A stretch of DNA of 31,049 bases, taken from a bacterium. GTDB taxonomy: Bacteria > SZUA-182 > DTGQ01. Shown in pieces: positions 1 to 9,274 of this stretch; the first letter of the stretch is position 1, and every line of letters begins with the position of its first letter. Under the pieces are notes generated by a model that saw only the letters and a list, made by a program, of their open reading frames with translations, searched no databases and was not told the DNA's origin. The DNA is taken from contig JBFMGO010000075.1 of the NCBI GenBank assembly GCA_040752695.1, positions 1 through 31,049 of the forward strand. The letters are read 5' to 3'. Made by a program: the position numbers and the translations under genes.

Positions 1-77
1 GCGCGGGAAGCGCCAGGGCCGCACGCTATGGTTGATTTCACCTTTTTTGTTTATTCTTTTTAATCAGTGTTTGCTCT

Positions 78-1277
78 TTAATCATTGAATACGAGTCTCA
101 ATGCCGCTCTGGCCCAGTTGATAGCCTCTTTGGTAGCATTGCAGCCCTGGCAGCCCATACAACCGGAATTTTCCGGGGATGCATTATCTACCCCATGCTT
201 TACCAGCACCTTCCCAAACTCCTTATGGAGTTGCAGGACCTCATCTTCCCTGCCGATATACGTAGGGATAAATTCTCCCAGGTTTGGACTGCCTACGCGG
301 AGAAGAAAGATCGAGGTCATCACCCCGATTCTGGCTGCTCGCTCGATACCTTTGAGCGTGACATCGTAATCTTCATCAAAGCCGATGATATTGATATTCC
401 ATACCTTCCCCCGGCCAAAACAGGAAGCGGCCATCTCCCAGCTTTTCATGTAATCTTCCTGTGTAAATGCCTGCGCTTTGCCGGGACAGATCTTACGGCG
501 CACCTTTTCATCAAAAAATTCCAGGAATATGCCGATTGAATCAACCGTACTGCTCAATTCTTTCATCAGGCCGGGATCGAGGATCGGCTCGGTTTGTACA
601 TGAACCGATAATCCGGTCTCCTCCCTGATGCGCGCTGCCAGAGCGAGCAGTTCCGTGCCCGTTTTTTCCGGAGTGTCCAGAGTGCCGCTGGTCACACTCA
701 CCGAGCGAATGGAACCGTTCTTTATGGCCAGTTTAAGGTACTCAAGGTTTGTCTGGTCGGGTTGTCGTTTTGGAAGGTTGAATTTATTGGCTGTTAAGTC
801 AGTAGTGCAGAACTTGCACCCTGCATCTTTTTCCAGATGCCTGCAACTCCGATAAAGGCATGCAGAGTAGGTCCGATAGGGATGCATCCGCGCTTTGAGC
901 GACCTTATCGTGGCCCAATCACCGGGTGAAATCCCTTTCCATTCGTGGCCCACTTCTTCAAGAAAGATACCGTCATCGGTAGCTATGACTCTTTTCCGGA
1001 TATCGGACGTATCCTCCTCCCCCTTCCACCACTTCGTCGGAATGGCATAGTTGGCCATATAGTGATCTTTTGGATAAACCACAAGACTGATCTGGCTGTT
1101 ATGATTGCCTGGGGCATTACCAAGATAACAGGCTATACCCTGAGGGCCTGAACCGCCCCGCGCTGATTGCATATGAATCGCCGGGATTGACTCATCCGGC
1201 AGGACAACGCCTCGGGATAACAGATTGATTCGGCTTTTTAAATTTTGCAGCGCATTCTCTTCATTCTCGGGTCTCAA
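78..1277 (-). CDS. Radical SAM protein, MSMEG_0568/NitD-like (biotin-synthase-like fold)
   Basis: 399 aa. TTG start with GGAG 7 nt upstream. Variant cluster motif CRHLEKDAGCKFC (CX8CX2C), N-terminal RGGSGP, VTSGT, 'R..ICPGKA' and C-terminal GCMGCQGC match my recollection of this family. Confidence 0.75.
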   Translation of the reverse strand: MRPENEENALQNLKSRINLLSRGVVLPDESIPAIHMQSARGGSGPQGIACYLGNAPGNHNSQISLVVYPKDHYMANYAIPTKWWKGEEDTSDIRKRVIATDDGIFLEEVGHEWKGISPGDWATIRSLKARMHPYRTYSACLYRSCRHLEKDAGCKFCTTDLTANKFNLPKRQPDQTNLEYLKLAIKNGSIRSVSVTSGTLDTPEKTGTELLALAARIREETGLSVHVQTEPILDPGLMKELSSTVDSIGIFLEFFDEKVRRKICPGKAQAFTQEDYMKSWEMAASCFGRGKVWNINIIGFDEDYDVTLKGIERAARIGVMTSIFLLRVGSPNLGEFIPTYIGREDEVLQLHKEFGKVLVKHGVDNASPENSGCMGCQGCNATKEAINWARAALRLVFND

Positions 1278-1442
1278 GATGTTTCTCCAATTATATTCAT
1301 TGTTGACGATAAATTTTGCAGTATTTATTAAATTTATTGATGTATTCGATATAGTTTATCGGTATAGTCGGGATAATAGAGCGACAGGGAAAATGAGTCA
1401 TTCATATTTCAATAGTCAGCATGGACAAATTGGGGCATAAGA

Positions 1443-2240
1443 GTGGGAACGCTGAATACGGGCAGGAATTTGTACTACAATCAGATTGGGAAAATTGTCT
1501 CGAATACTTCGACCAGCCTCAGCATTTCATGGCAAGATATTACGGGACTTACGTTTATAAACTACAAGTACGATGTGGTTTACTCCATTGAATATTATGC
1601 AGGAAAGGGCACCAAAGCTGGCATTAGAATCACGGACACCACGAAAGACTTACATCAATATCTGCCGTCATTGGTGGGTTATAAGGTCGTCATTTGCAGC
1701 AGTCCGGGAAGTTCTCAAAAAATTGCCATAGGTCAGGTCGTGCAAAGTCAGCCCACCTGGTTCGAGGTAGATCAATGGATTGACTGGAAAGCCCGCACGG
1801 GAGTCCCTATTGGAGGCATACCTGCAGACGGAACGGTCGGCTACTACTTCTCCGTAACAGGAAAGACCCTGATGTGCTCCGACTGCCATAGTAATAATGA
1901 GATTTCCGGGACTTCAGCCCAGGGGCCGCATGGCTCCACAGTCAAATGGATGCTGAAAGGGCGAAACAGGGCCTGGCCTACCTTGTCAGCCTCAGAGAAC
2001 GGAACGGGAACAGGCACTTTACGCAAGATCGGAAACACCGCTACTCCTAACCATAGATCCGTAAAAGACGGGAATCCGGATGGGAATGGCCTGTTTTGCT
2101 TGAACTGCCACTCCACGGTGAGTTTTTCCAAAAATAAATACGGAGTCCAGGATGCCACCAATATCCATCTTATTCATGCTGCTGGTTGGCCCGATGGGCC
2201 TGAATGTGTGAGGTGTCACATCCTTTGGCTAAAAATATAA
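1443..2240 (+). pseudogene. Multiheme cytochrome c fragment, probably truncated at both ends
   Basis: Three CXXCH motifs (CSDCH 1875, CLNCH 2097, CVRCH 2205) and GPHGS after the first. No signal peptide. The open frame continues upstream of the GTG to a TAG at 1413. It stops 6 codons after the last CXXCH. Confidence 0.6.
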
Positions 2241-2374
2241 AAATGGTTTTTTTGTCCAACGCCCCGAAAAGGCAAAATAAGATCGTTGGTTTTTTCTCCA
2301 GTGCTATCACGACTTCAGTATTCCTTCCGGCATAGTTAACCATCTGATTAATGCTCATAAATGATCAAAATCTA

Positions 2375-2403
2375 TTGCTTCTAAATCCATTTAGTGCTAT
2401 TAT
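2375..2403 (+). promoter_or_regulatory. Sigma70-type promoter with extended -10
   Basis: TTGCTT (2375-2380), 17-nt spacer, TATTAT (2398-2403), TG at 2395-2396; an overlapping TATAAT lies at 2401-2406. Confidence 0.55.
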
Positions 2404-2409
2404 AATAAC

Positions 2410-2620
2410 AGATAAGCAAGAAGTTATTGGTAAGGTTTCAGCAAAGAGGTGCTTTGCAGGTAAACACTCTCTAGCGAACATTACCAAGAATAGAAAAAGA
2501 TTGGGCCGTCAGCATTATAGGCTTTGCGAAAATCTTCTCGGAGAGGAAACTCTCCGGGAGGATTCCTACCCGAAAGGGTAGGTAAGCGAAGTCTACAATA
2601 CTGGCGGTCTTTTTATTTCT
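2410..2620 (+). ncRNA. Candidate structured non-coding RNA, family unknown (three-way junction with two GAAA tetraloops)
   Basis: P1 2503-2527/2586-2610 (23 of 25 positions pair, including G-U). P2 2532-2545/2550-2563 (14 bp, GAAA loop). P3 2565-2571/2576-2582 (7 bp, GAAA loop). U-rich tail 2610-2620 and an upstream promoter. Confidence 0.55.
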
Positions 2621-3120
2621 GCCCGTCAAGAAACGGTGGTGGATGCTTTTGGCAACTGTGATTATGCCCTGCTAAATTCCCCGCCGATATCCTATAACCG
2701 GCATAAACCCAACATTTGTGATACCAGCCGCAATAAGGGTAATATCAATTAGAAGAAACTCTATTTCTTCTTGACTAACTTCTAACTACAGTGAAAAAAT
2801 AATTCTATTTTTGACGTTTTCTTTAATATCCCATAGTCCAAGCGGCCTTTCTGTTCTATTCCACATTTCAAGAGCAGCATCCATGGCCTGTTGGAGGTCT
2901 GTATATTCCGGATCATCTGGAATCGGTTTTGTTCTGGTACTGGCCGCCAAGGCCTCCCTGAGCGGAAGGTTTGCACGTCAAAAGCAGAGCGGGGGACGGA
3001 AAATAGAAATCCTCTTGTCATTATTTCACCCTCTCCCACAGGTTGTCTGAACTGCCATAAATTTTGGTCACTTAATCACCTCTATTCACCAGTGCATTTC
3101 TGGTGCACGTTTTTATGGGA

Positions 3121-3152
3121 TATTGATAATTAATAACTTATTGATAATTAAT
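3121..3152. repeat. 14-bp direct repeat TATTGATAATTAAT x2, possible regulator site
   Basis: Exact copies at 3121-3134 and 3139-3152, just upstream of the extended -10 at 3189. Confidence 0.5.
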
Positions 3153-3188
3153 GAAAATGGCTAAAGAATAGCATTTTTATCAATAAAG

Positions 3189-3197
3189 TGCTATAAT
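3189..3197 (+). promoter_or_regulatory. Extended -10 promoter for the OmpA-family gene
   Basis: TGcTATAAT at 3189-3197; no good -35. Confidence 0.4.
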
Positions 3198-3419
3198 CGG
3201 CATGATATTATTACCAGGACAATGCCATGTCATTTCGAACAAAGGGGTATGAATGGCGCTGTCCTGCCTTGAATTTGAGTGAAGGAACAGGCTGTCTGTT
3301 CCGATCAGATAACTGATCGGCATATCCTTCATAGATAAGTCCGTCTTACCAGAGTTCTCATTAATATATGCGGCTTGGCTGAGCCGCGAGCGGGATAATC
3401 CGTAAACCAGAGGAGGTCA

Positions 3420-4091
3420 ATGATGAAAAAAAGTACAGCTTGTATCGCAATCTTAATCTTTTTTACCGGTTCTGTTTGTTTGAGCGGCTGCGGAGCCAAC
3501 AATTTAACGAAAGGTGCTGGGATTGGTGCAGCAGCAGGTGCGGCTATCGGTGGCATCATAGGAAACCAGTCGGGGCATGCAGGTCAGGGCGCTGTTATCG
3601 GAGGTGTTGCCGGTGGCGCTCTTGGTGCTCTTATTGGGAGGCGGCTGGATAAGCAGCAGGAGGAATTACAAAAGGTTCCTGGAATGCAGAGTGTGCAGGT
3701 CGATGAAGAGAAACAGTCGATTAATGCAGCGCTGCAAGTACTCTTTACGGTAAACAGTGAAGAGATTAAATCGGGTGAAGCCCAAAAACTTGATGAACTT
3801 GCAGCAGTTTTTGCCAAATATCCGGAAAATATCGTGGTCATTGAAGGGCATACTGACAGCGATGGTTCGGAAGAGTATAATCAAAAACTTTCAGAAAAAA
3901 GAGCTCGGTCTGTAGAAAATTATCTCAGGGGAAAAAGAATCAATATCGCAAGCCTCAGTTCTGTAGGGTACGGCGAATCAAGACCGATTGCGTCAAATTA
4001 TACTTCGGAAGGAAAAGCGGCTAACCGCCGTGTAGAACTCAAAATCTCCGTTGATCCGAACAAGGTTCCACAGGAAGAAGTAAAAAACTAG
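3420..4091 (+). CDS. OmpA-family outer-membrane lipoprotein (YiaD-like, glycine zipper plus OmpA C-terminal domain)
   Basis: GAGGAGG RBS, lipobox LSGC, glycine zipper GAGIGAAAGAAIGG, and GHTD..GSEEYNQKLSEKRA, GYGESRP, NRRVE motifs. Confidence 0.93.
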   Translation: MMKKSTACIAILIFFTGSVCLSGCGANNLTKGAGIGAAAGAAIGGIIGNQSGHAGQGAVIGGVAGGALGALIGRRLDKQQEELQKVPGMQSVQVDEEKQSINAALQVLFTVNSEEIKSGEAQKLDELAAVFAKYPENIVVIEGHTDSDGSEEYNQKLSEKRARSVENYLRGKRINIASLSSVGYGESRPIASNYTSEGKAANRRVELKISVDPNKVPQEEVKN

Positions 4092-4414
4092 GGGTCCCCC
4101 CTGTGTTCCAGCCTTTGACTTTTAGAAGGGAAATTGAATTATGATAGGAGTAAAAGGTAGTTATTTGCTCTTAATTCAGATCTGTTATAGAGTATTGAGG
4201 TTATGAACTGACACCCAAAGAGCGGGCATTATTGAGTTTGGTGAAAGATGCATGTAAGCAGGCAGCAGCAGCTCTCTATGAGCGTCTCAATACATCATCG
4301 GCCACGGCCGTGATATCTCCCTGATATACTTACAGTGTTTAGGTACACTATTTACGATGATGTACCCTGTGCCCCGCGCTGCAAAATGCCGGTGCAAAGA
4401 AGCCCGCTGGATTG

Positions 4415-4804
4415 TTATGTCAGTTCTTTTCGGTCAGGCTGCTTCAGGATATTTGCAACGAACTGCTTCAATTCCTCGATTCGGAAGGGCTTATTCAGGA
4501 ATTCATCCGCTCCCAGTTCCATAGCGTTAACGTATGATTTTTGGCCACCAAAGGCGGTAATCAGGACAATTTTCACCTCAGGGTCCTCCTCCCGGACTGC
4601 CCTCAGCAATCTGACGCCTCCCATTTCGGGCATGTTTTTGTCCGTAATGATCAGGTCAAAATCCCCCTTCTTGATCTTGTCCAGTGCCTGCCTGCCATTC
4701 TGTGCCGTGGAGATGGAATATCCCTCCGCTTCCAATGCTTCCTTGAAGACGTTGCAGAGTTCCTCTTCATCATCGACAATGAGTATTTTTTTTGGGGAGT
4801 CCAT
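4415..4804 (-). CDS. Single-domain response regulator (CheY-like receiver)
   Basis: 129 aa; ILIVDDE, phosphoacceptor in TDKNMPEMGG, ITA and KPF motifs; no output domain. Confidence 0.93.
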   Translation of the reverse strand: MDSPKKILIVDDEEELCNVFKEALEAEGYSISTAQNGRQALDKIKKGDFDLIITDKNMPEMGGVRLLRAVREEDPEVKIVLITAFGGQKSYVNAMELGADEFLNKPFRIEELKQFVANILKQPDRKELT

Positions 4805-5017
4805 GGAATCAATTTTTCCTTTCGTTTTTCTTCTCCGGGTTACTGATCGAAAGTTTTTCGATAGTCAATCGGCATCCATCCAAACCCCTGAATATTTCTT
4901 CAGGCTGCTTGCTCATCCTCCTTTGGCTCAAGAAGGTATTCGTCAGCCTGTACACCGTACCATCCAAGGTCTCAAACCGCCAGCTTTCCACCAGGGACAG
5001 ATAACAAATCAATGATA

Positions 5018-5046
5018 TTTCCATTCCCTCCAATATATGCTATAAT
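5018..5046 (+). promoter_or_regulatory. Sigma70-type promoter for the NUDIX gene
   Basis: TTTCCA (5018-5023), 17-nt spacer, TATAAT (5041-5046) with upstream TG. Confidence 0.5.
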
Positions 5047-5137
5047 GAGTGATTTGTAAAGATGAAAAGGGAAAAATTGCTGAACACGCGCAGTTCAATA
5101 TGAAAAAAGTTCCCCTCCCTCCAAAGGAGCAAAAACT

Positions 5138-5542
5138 ATGGAACAAAAGTTTCGCAATCCCCTGCCTACAGCGGACATTATCATTGAGGTAGAGGGAAAA
5201 GGAATTGTTTTGGTTCGCAGAAAGAATCCCCCCTATGGTTGGGCCATACCCGGCGGTTTCGTAGAATACGGAGAGTCTCTGGAGGAGGCCGCTGTCCGGG
5301 AGGCCAAAGAGGAGACGGGCCTCGATGTACAGTTGATCCGGCAGTTTCATACCTATTCGGACCCCAAAAGAGACCCCAGGTTCTGCACCGTTTCTACCGT
5401 ATACCTGGCTACAGCCGAAGGAACCCCGGTGGGTGACGACGACGCCACAGAGGCCCGCATATTTACGAAAGACCGGCTTCCTTCCGATCTGGCTTTTGAT
5501 CATGCAAAAATTCTGGAAGATTACTTCGAAAAAAGGTTTTGA
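5138..5542 (+). CDS. NUDIX hydrolase (ADP-ribose pyrophosphatase-like)
   Basis: AAGGAG RBS; Nudix box [32 protein letters not shown] and LAFDH motifs. Confidence 0.93.
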   Translation: MEQKFRNPLPTADIIIEVEGKGIVLVRRKNPPYGWAIPGGFVEYGESLEEAAVREAKEETGLDVQLIRQFHTYSDPKRDPRFCTVSTVYLATAEGTPVGDDDATEARIFTKDRLPSDLAFDHAKILEDYFEKRF

Positions 5543-5611
5543 ACGCTGGATGCCGGAGAGCCCGGCGGCTTTAATGCCAGTGGCAGGATGAAGGGGGAAC
5601 CGATGGCGAGA

Positions 5612-5653
5612 TTCTGACTTCTGGCTCCTGACTTCCTGACTCTTGGCTCCTGC
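5612..5653. repeat. Degenerate ~7-nt tandem repeat (CTGACTT/CTGGCTC-like)
   Basis: ttctgacttctggctcctgacttcctgactcttggctcctgc between the NUDIX gene and tilS. Confidence 0.55.
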
Positions 5654-5701
5654 TTTTTGATCCTTTGATAGAAAAGGCGATTTGAGTCGAAAAAGAAAAA
5701 T

Positions 5702-7123
5702 ATGAACAGAACGCTAAGACATACTTTATTGCAGCGAATCCGGAAGCTTGTCAAAGAGTATCGAATCCTGGAGCGGGGGGATAACGTTCTCGTTGCTCTT
5801 TCAGGCGGCCCTGATTCGGTTGCCCTCCTTCATCTTTTGCGTGCATTGCAAAAAGAGTATGAACTGACGCTTGTCCTGGCTCATCTTGAGCACGGAATTC
5901 GGGGAAAGGAATCGCATGAGCAGGCAGGCTTCGTCCAGCAGATCGGGAGGAAAATGGGGCTCAACTGCTTTATTCGCCATATGGATGTGCCATTGCTTAA
6001 AAGGATGAGCGGCCTGTCCCTGGAGGAAGCGGCAAGGGAAGCCAGGTATCAGTTTTTCCGGGAAATGGCCAAAAGAGCCGGATCGACTAAAATTGCCCTG
6101 GGGCATACAGCCGACGACCAGGCGGAGACTTTGTTGATGCGTCTTTTGCGGGGGGCGGGATTGGATGGTTTGGCAGCTATGCGTCCCAGACGGTATGAAG
6201 AGATCCCCTTGATCCGGCCTCTTTTGAATGTTTTTCGCCGGGAAATTCTGGATTTTCTGCATGAGGAAAAGATCCCTTTCTGCCTGGATTCGACCAATCA
6301 GGAGTCAGACTACCTGAGGAACAGGATTCGCCTGCACCTGATCCCCATGCTGAGAAGGGAGTATAATCCGCAAATCGGCTCGGTCCTGCACCAGACCGCC
6401 TCCATTCTCGGAGAGGAAAGGGAGTGGGTGTCCTCTTTGGTCCGGGAGAAATTAGAGCAGTGTCTTGAGACCAGGAAGGGGAAAAAGATGCGTCTTGGTC
6501 TGAATTCTTTTTTGGCCATGCCTCTGGCCCTTCAGCGTGAGGTATTGCGGGAAGCGGTCCATGAGGTCACTTCGGATCCTTACAAGATTGGTTTTGTGAA
6601 GGTTTCAGCAGTCTTGCAATGGCTCAACGAGAGCCGGTGGGGATGTCTGCACCTTTCCCGAAACGTGTGTATCCAAAAGCGGGCGGGAAGCTTTTGCATC
6701 GAAGAGAAAGAGCCTGAGCCCGAAATTTCGCCCCGGGATTTTCACTACCGGCTGAACATTCCGGGTGACACCTTGATTCAGGAACTGAACCTGACGGTTT
6801 CGACCAGGATTTTGAATGACTGGGTGACGGGGTGCAGCCGGTTTGAGGCTGAAAAAGCCTATCTGGATTTTGATGCGCTGACTCTTCCTCTTTTTATCAG
6901 GAAAAGGCAGCCGAAAGACCGGTTTCATCCGCTGGGAGGGCCGGGTCATAAGAAATTAAAGGAGTTTTTCATTGATGATAAGATCCCGAGACTGGAAAGA
7001 GAAAAAATCCCGGTAGTAGCTTCCGGACATGAGGTGGTATGGGTTTTCGCAAGGCGCGTTGCTGAACCCTTCAAGATAACCGAGAGGACGAGGCGAGTTC
7101 TCTTAATTGAGAAAAGAATTTGA
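5702..7123 (+). CDS. tilS: tRNA(Ile)-lysidine synthetase
   Basis: PP-loop SGGPDS, EEAAREARY, GHTADDQAET, IRPLL, RNRIR and C-terminal KKLKEFFID; directly upstream of ftsH. Confidence 0.96.
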   Translation: MNRTLRHTLLQRIRKLVKEYRILERGDNVLVALSGGPDSVALLHLLRALQKEYELTLVLAHLEHGIRGKESHEQAGFVQQIGRKMGLNCFIRHMDVPLLKRMSGLSLEEAAREARYQFFREMAKRAGSTKIALGHTADDQAETLLMRLLRGAGLDGLAAMRPRRYEEIPLIRPLLNVFRREILDFLHEEKIPFCLDSTNQESDYLRNRIRLHLIPMLRREYNPQIGSVLHQTASILGEEREWVSSLVREKLEQCLETRKGKKMRLGLNSFLAMPLALQREVLREAVHEVTSDPYKIGFVKVSAVLQWLNESRWGCLHLSRNVCIQKRAGSFCIEEKEPEPEISPRDFHYRLNIPGDTLIQELNLTVSTRILNDWVTGCSRFEAEKAYLDFDALTLPLFIRKRQPKDRFHPLGGPGHKKLKEFFIDDKIPRLEREKIPVVASGHEVVWVFARRVAEPFKITERTRRVLLIEKRI

Positions 7124-7174
7124 AATTTGTTGGCTCTTCGATCGGAAAATTGAACTGAACTCCCTGTTAGTATG

Positions 7175-7203
7175 TTGTAATATGGAAAATGTTGTGCTAT
7201 CAT
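7175..7203 (+). promoter_or_regulatory. Sigma70-type promoter for ftsH
   Basis: TTGTAA (7175-7180), 17-nt spacer, TATCAT (7198-7203) with extended -10 TG. Confidence 0.5.
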
Positions 7204-7312
7204 TAAACACGTCCCGCTATATATGAGCATATAAATACAGAATAATAGAGAAATAAAAGACAAATACTAGAGAAATAGTTCGAGAAAAATACATGCTTGT
7301 GGAGGCAAGATT

Positions 7313-9193
7313 TTGAATAATTCATTTTACAAAAACTTGGCCCTGTGGCTGGTCATGGGACTGGTCCTGATCCTGCTTTTCAACCTCTTTAACACTCCAA
7401 GGTCGCAGGTAAAGAAAATTATTTTCAGCGATTTTTTAGAAGAAGTTCAAAGAGGGAACGTGGCTGAAGTGACCATCAAGGGAAACGATATCCAGGGTGT
7501 CTATCAGGATAATACCCGCTTTAAGACCTTCGCTCCGAATGATCCGGAACTGATCCAAACGCTCCGGACAAACAAGAATATCCGGATCGAAGCCAAACCG
7601 GTGGATGAAAATTCCTGGTTCACGAATCTTTTTATCTCCTGGTTCCCCCTGATTCTGATTATCGCCATCTGGATATATCTGATGCGGCAGATGCAGGGAG
7701 GAGGGGCCAAGGCGCTTTCCTTCGGCAAAAGCAAGGCCAAGATGCTCTCGAACCCGAAGCAGAAGATAACCTTCGAAAATGTAGCAGGTATCGATGAAGC
7801 CAGGGACGAGTTGCAGGAAATAATCGAATTTTTGCGCGACCCGCAGAAATTCCAGAGACTGGGAGGGAAAATCCCCAAAGGAGTGCTGCTCATGGGACCC
7901 CCGGGAACCGGTAAGACTTTACTGGCCAGGGCCATCGCTGGTGAGGCGGACGTGCCGTTTTTCAGCATCAGCGGTTCGGACTTTGTCGAGATGTTTGTCG
8001 GTGTTGGTGCTTCCAGGGTACGGGATCTGTTCGAGCAGGGAAAGAAAAATGCTCCCTGCATCATTTTCGTGGACGAGATCGATGCCGTAGGCCGGCATCG
8101 CGGCGCAGGATTGGGAGGGGGCCATGACGAGCGGGAGCAGACCCTCAACCAGTTGCTGGTAGAGCTGGACGGTTTTGAGTCCAATGAAGGAGTCATTATC
8201 GTGGCCGCGACCAACAGGCCAGATGTCCTTGATCCGGCCCTTCTGCGACCCGGCAGATTTGACCGTCAGGTGGTGGTTTCCCGTCCGGATATCAAGGGCA
8301 GGGAAGGCATCCTGAAGGTCCACGCAAAAAATGTACCTCTGGATGAAGACGTTGATTTAAAAGTAATTTCCCGCGGCACGCCGGGGTTCTCCGGTGCGGA
8401 TCTGGCCAACCTGGTCAATGAATCTGCCCTTCTGGCAGCCAGAAAGGGAAAGGAAAAAGTGGCCATGGAGGACTTTGAGGCTGCCAAAGATAAGGTCATG
8501 ATGGGTAAAGAGCGAAGGAGCATGATCATCAGCGATGAAGAGAAAAAGATCACTGCCTATCACGAATCCGGTCACGCCCTGGTAGCCATGATGCTGCCGG
8601 GAACGGACCCGATTCACAAAGTGACCATCATTCCGCGTGGCCGGGCTATGGGGTTGACCCAGCAGTTACCCCTGGATGAAAAACACAATTATTCATCGGA
8701 TTACCTTTTGAAAAACATTGCCATTTTACTGGGCGGAAGGGCTGCCGAAGAGATCGTCCTGAACAGCCTGAGCACGGGAGCGGGAAACGATATCGAGCGG
8801 GCTACGGAGCTGGCCAGGAAAATGGTTTGCGAGTGGGGAATGAGTGATAAGCTGGGGCCCCTTTCCTTCGGGAAGAAGGAAGAGCAGATCTTTCTCGGAC
8901 GGGAATTTGCCCAGCACAGGGATTATAGCGAAGACACCGCGGTCCTGATCGATCAGGAGATCAAAAGGATCGTGAACGAGAATTACAACCGTGCGCGGGA
9001 AATTTTAACAACCTATCTGGACCGGCTGAATGCGCTCGCCAATGCCCTTTTAGAGAGGGAAGTTCTCGATGGAATCGAGATCGACGCGCTGGTTAGAGGA
9101 GAAATCCACCCGGCAGCGAAAGATACTGCAGGGATCAGCAAAAACGCCCCTTCAGTGGCGCAGACCGCTGTCAAGACAGCGGGCCCAAAATGA
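7313..9193 (+). CDS. ftsH: ATP-dependent zinc metalloprotease FtsH
   Basis: GGAGG RBS with TTG start; two TM helices; Walker A GPPGTGKT, Walker [31 protein letters not shown], zinc motif HESGH. Confidence 0.98.
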   Translation: MNNSFYKNLALWLVMGLVLILLFNLFNTPRSQVKKIIFSDFLEEVQRGNVAEVTIKGNDIQGVYQDNTRFKTFAPNDPELIQTLRTNKNIRIEAKPVDENSWFTNLFISWFPLILIIAIWIYLMRQMQGGGAKALSFGKSKAKMLSNPKQKITFENVAGIDEARDELQEIIEFLRDPQKFQRLGGKIPKGVLLMGPPGTGKTLLARAIAGEADVPFFSISGSDFVEMFVGVGASRVRDLFEQGKKNAPCIIFVDEIDAVGRHRGAGLGGGHDEREQTLNQLLVELDGFESNEGVIIVAATNRPDVLDPALLRPGRFDRQVVVSRPDIKGREGILKVHAKNVPLDEDVDLKVISRGTPGFSGADLANLVNESALLAARKGKEKVAMEDFEAAKDKVMMGKERRSMIISDEEKKITAYHESGHALVAMMLPGTDPIHKVTIIPRGRAMGLTQQLPLDEKHNYSSDYLLKNIAILLGGRAAEEIVLNSLSTGAGNDIERATELARKMVCEWGMSDKLGPLSFGKKEEQIFLGREFAQHRDYSEDTAVLIDQEIKRIVNENYNRAREILTTYLDRLNALANALLEREVLDGIEIDALVRGEIHPAAKDTAGISKNAPSVAQTAVKTAGPK

Positions 9194-9274
9194 GATGTCC
9201 TCTTCATTCTTCCCTTTCCCCTTATGAAGGGAGTCATCTGGAGGAAATCATCCTGCTTGAGGAGATGATCCTGT

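Noticed and set aside
2254..2291. Integron attC site (GTCCAAC...GTTGGTT)
   Set aside because: Too short, right end does not fit GTTRRRY, no integrase or array.
2351..2581. 76-aa ORF overlapping the structured RNA
   Set aside because: No RBS or recognisable motif; it starts upstream of the promoter, and RNA pairing explains the sequence better.
2527..2586. Hammerhead ribozyme (CGAAA...UUC three-way junction)
   Set aside because: The CUGANGA core is missing; that linker reads GUAA.
2503..2610. c-di-GMP-I (GEMM) riboswitch, suggested by GCAAAGCC on the minus strand near a cytochrome
   Set aside because: Minus-strand loops are TTTC rather than GNRA, and the GGCAAA start and second-stem signature are absent.
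2786..2977. Protein-like minus-strand frame (...PIPDDPEYTDLQQAMDAALEMWNR...) and overlapping short ORFs
   Set aside because: No credible start or family motif; may be a remnant but cannot be supported.
3158..3173. Sigma54 promoter (TGGCTA-N5-TAGCA)
   Set aside because: GG-N10-GC spacing fits but both elements deviate from consensus, and a sigma70 extended -10 lies nearby.
4205..4324. Frame ELTPKERALLSLV..., resembling an OmpR/LuxR HTH start
   Set aside because: In-frame stop three codons upstream, no start codon, and the similarity does not continue.
4221..4408. 6S-like RNA (AGCGGGC/GCCCGCT ends; TACATCATCG/CGATGATGTA at 4291-4364)
   Set aside because: Only short separated stems, no continuous rod, and not the usual zapA context; a cmscan would settle it.
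4335..5033. 226-aa plus-strand ORF and 74-aa minus-strand ORF around the receiver gene
   Set aside because: The first is an antisense shadow; the second has no motif support.
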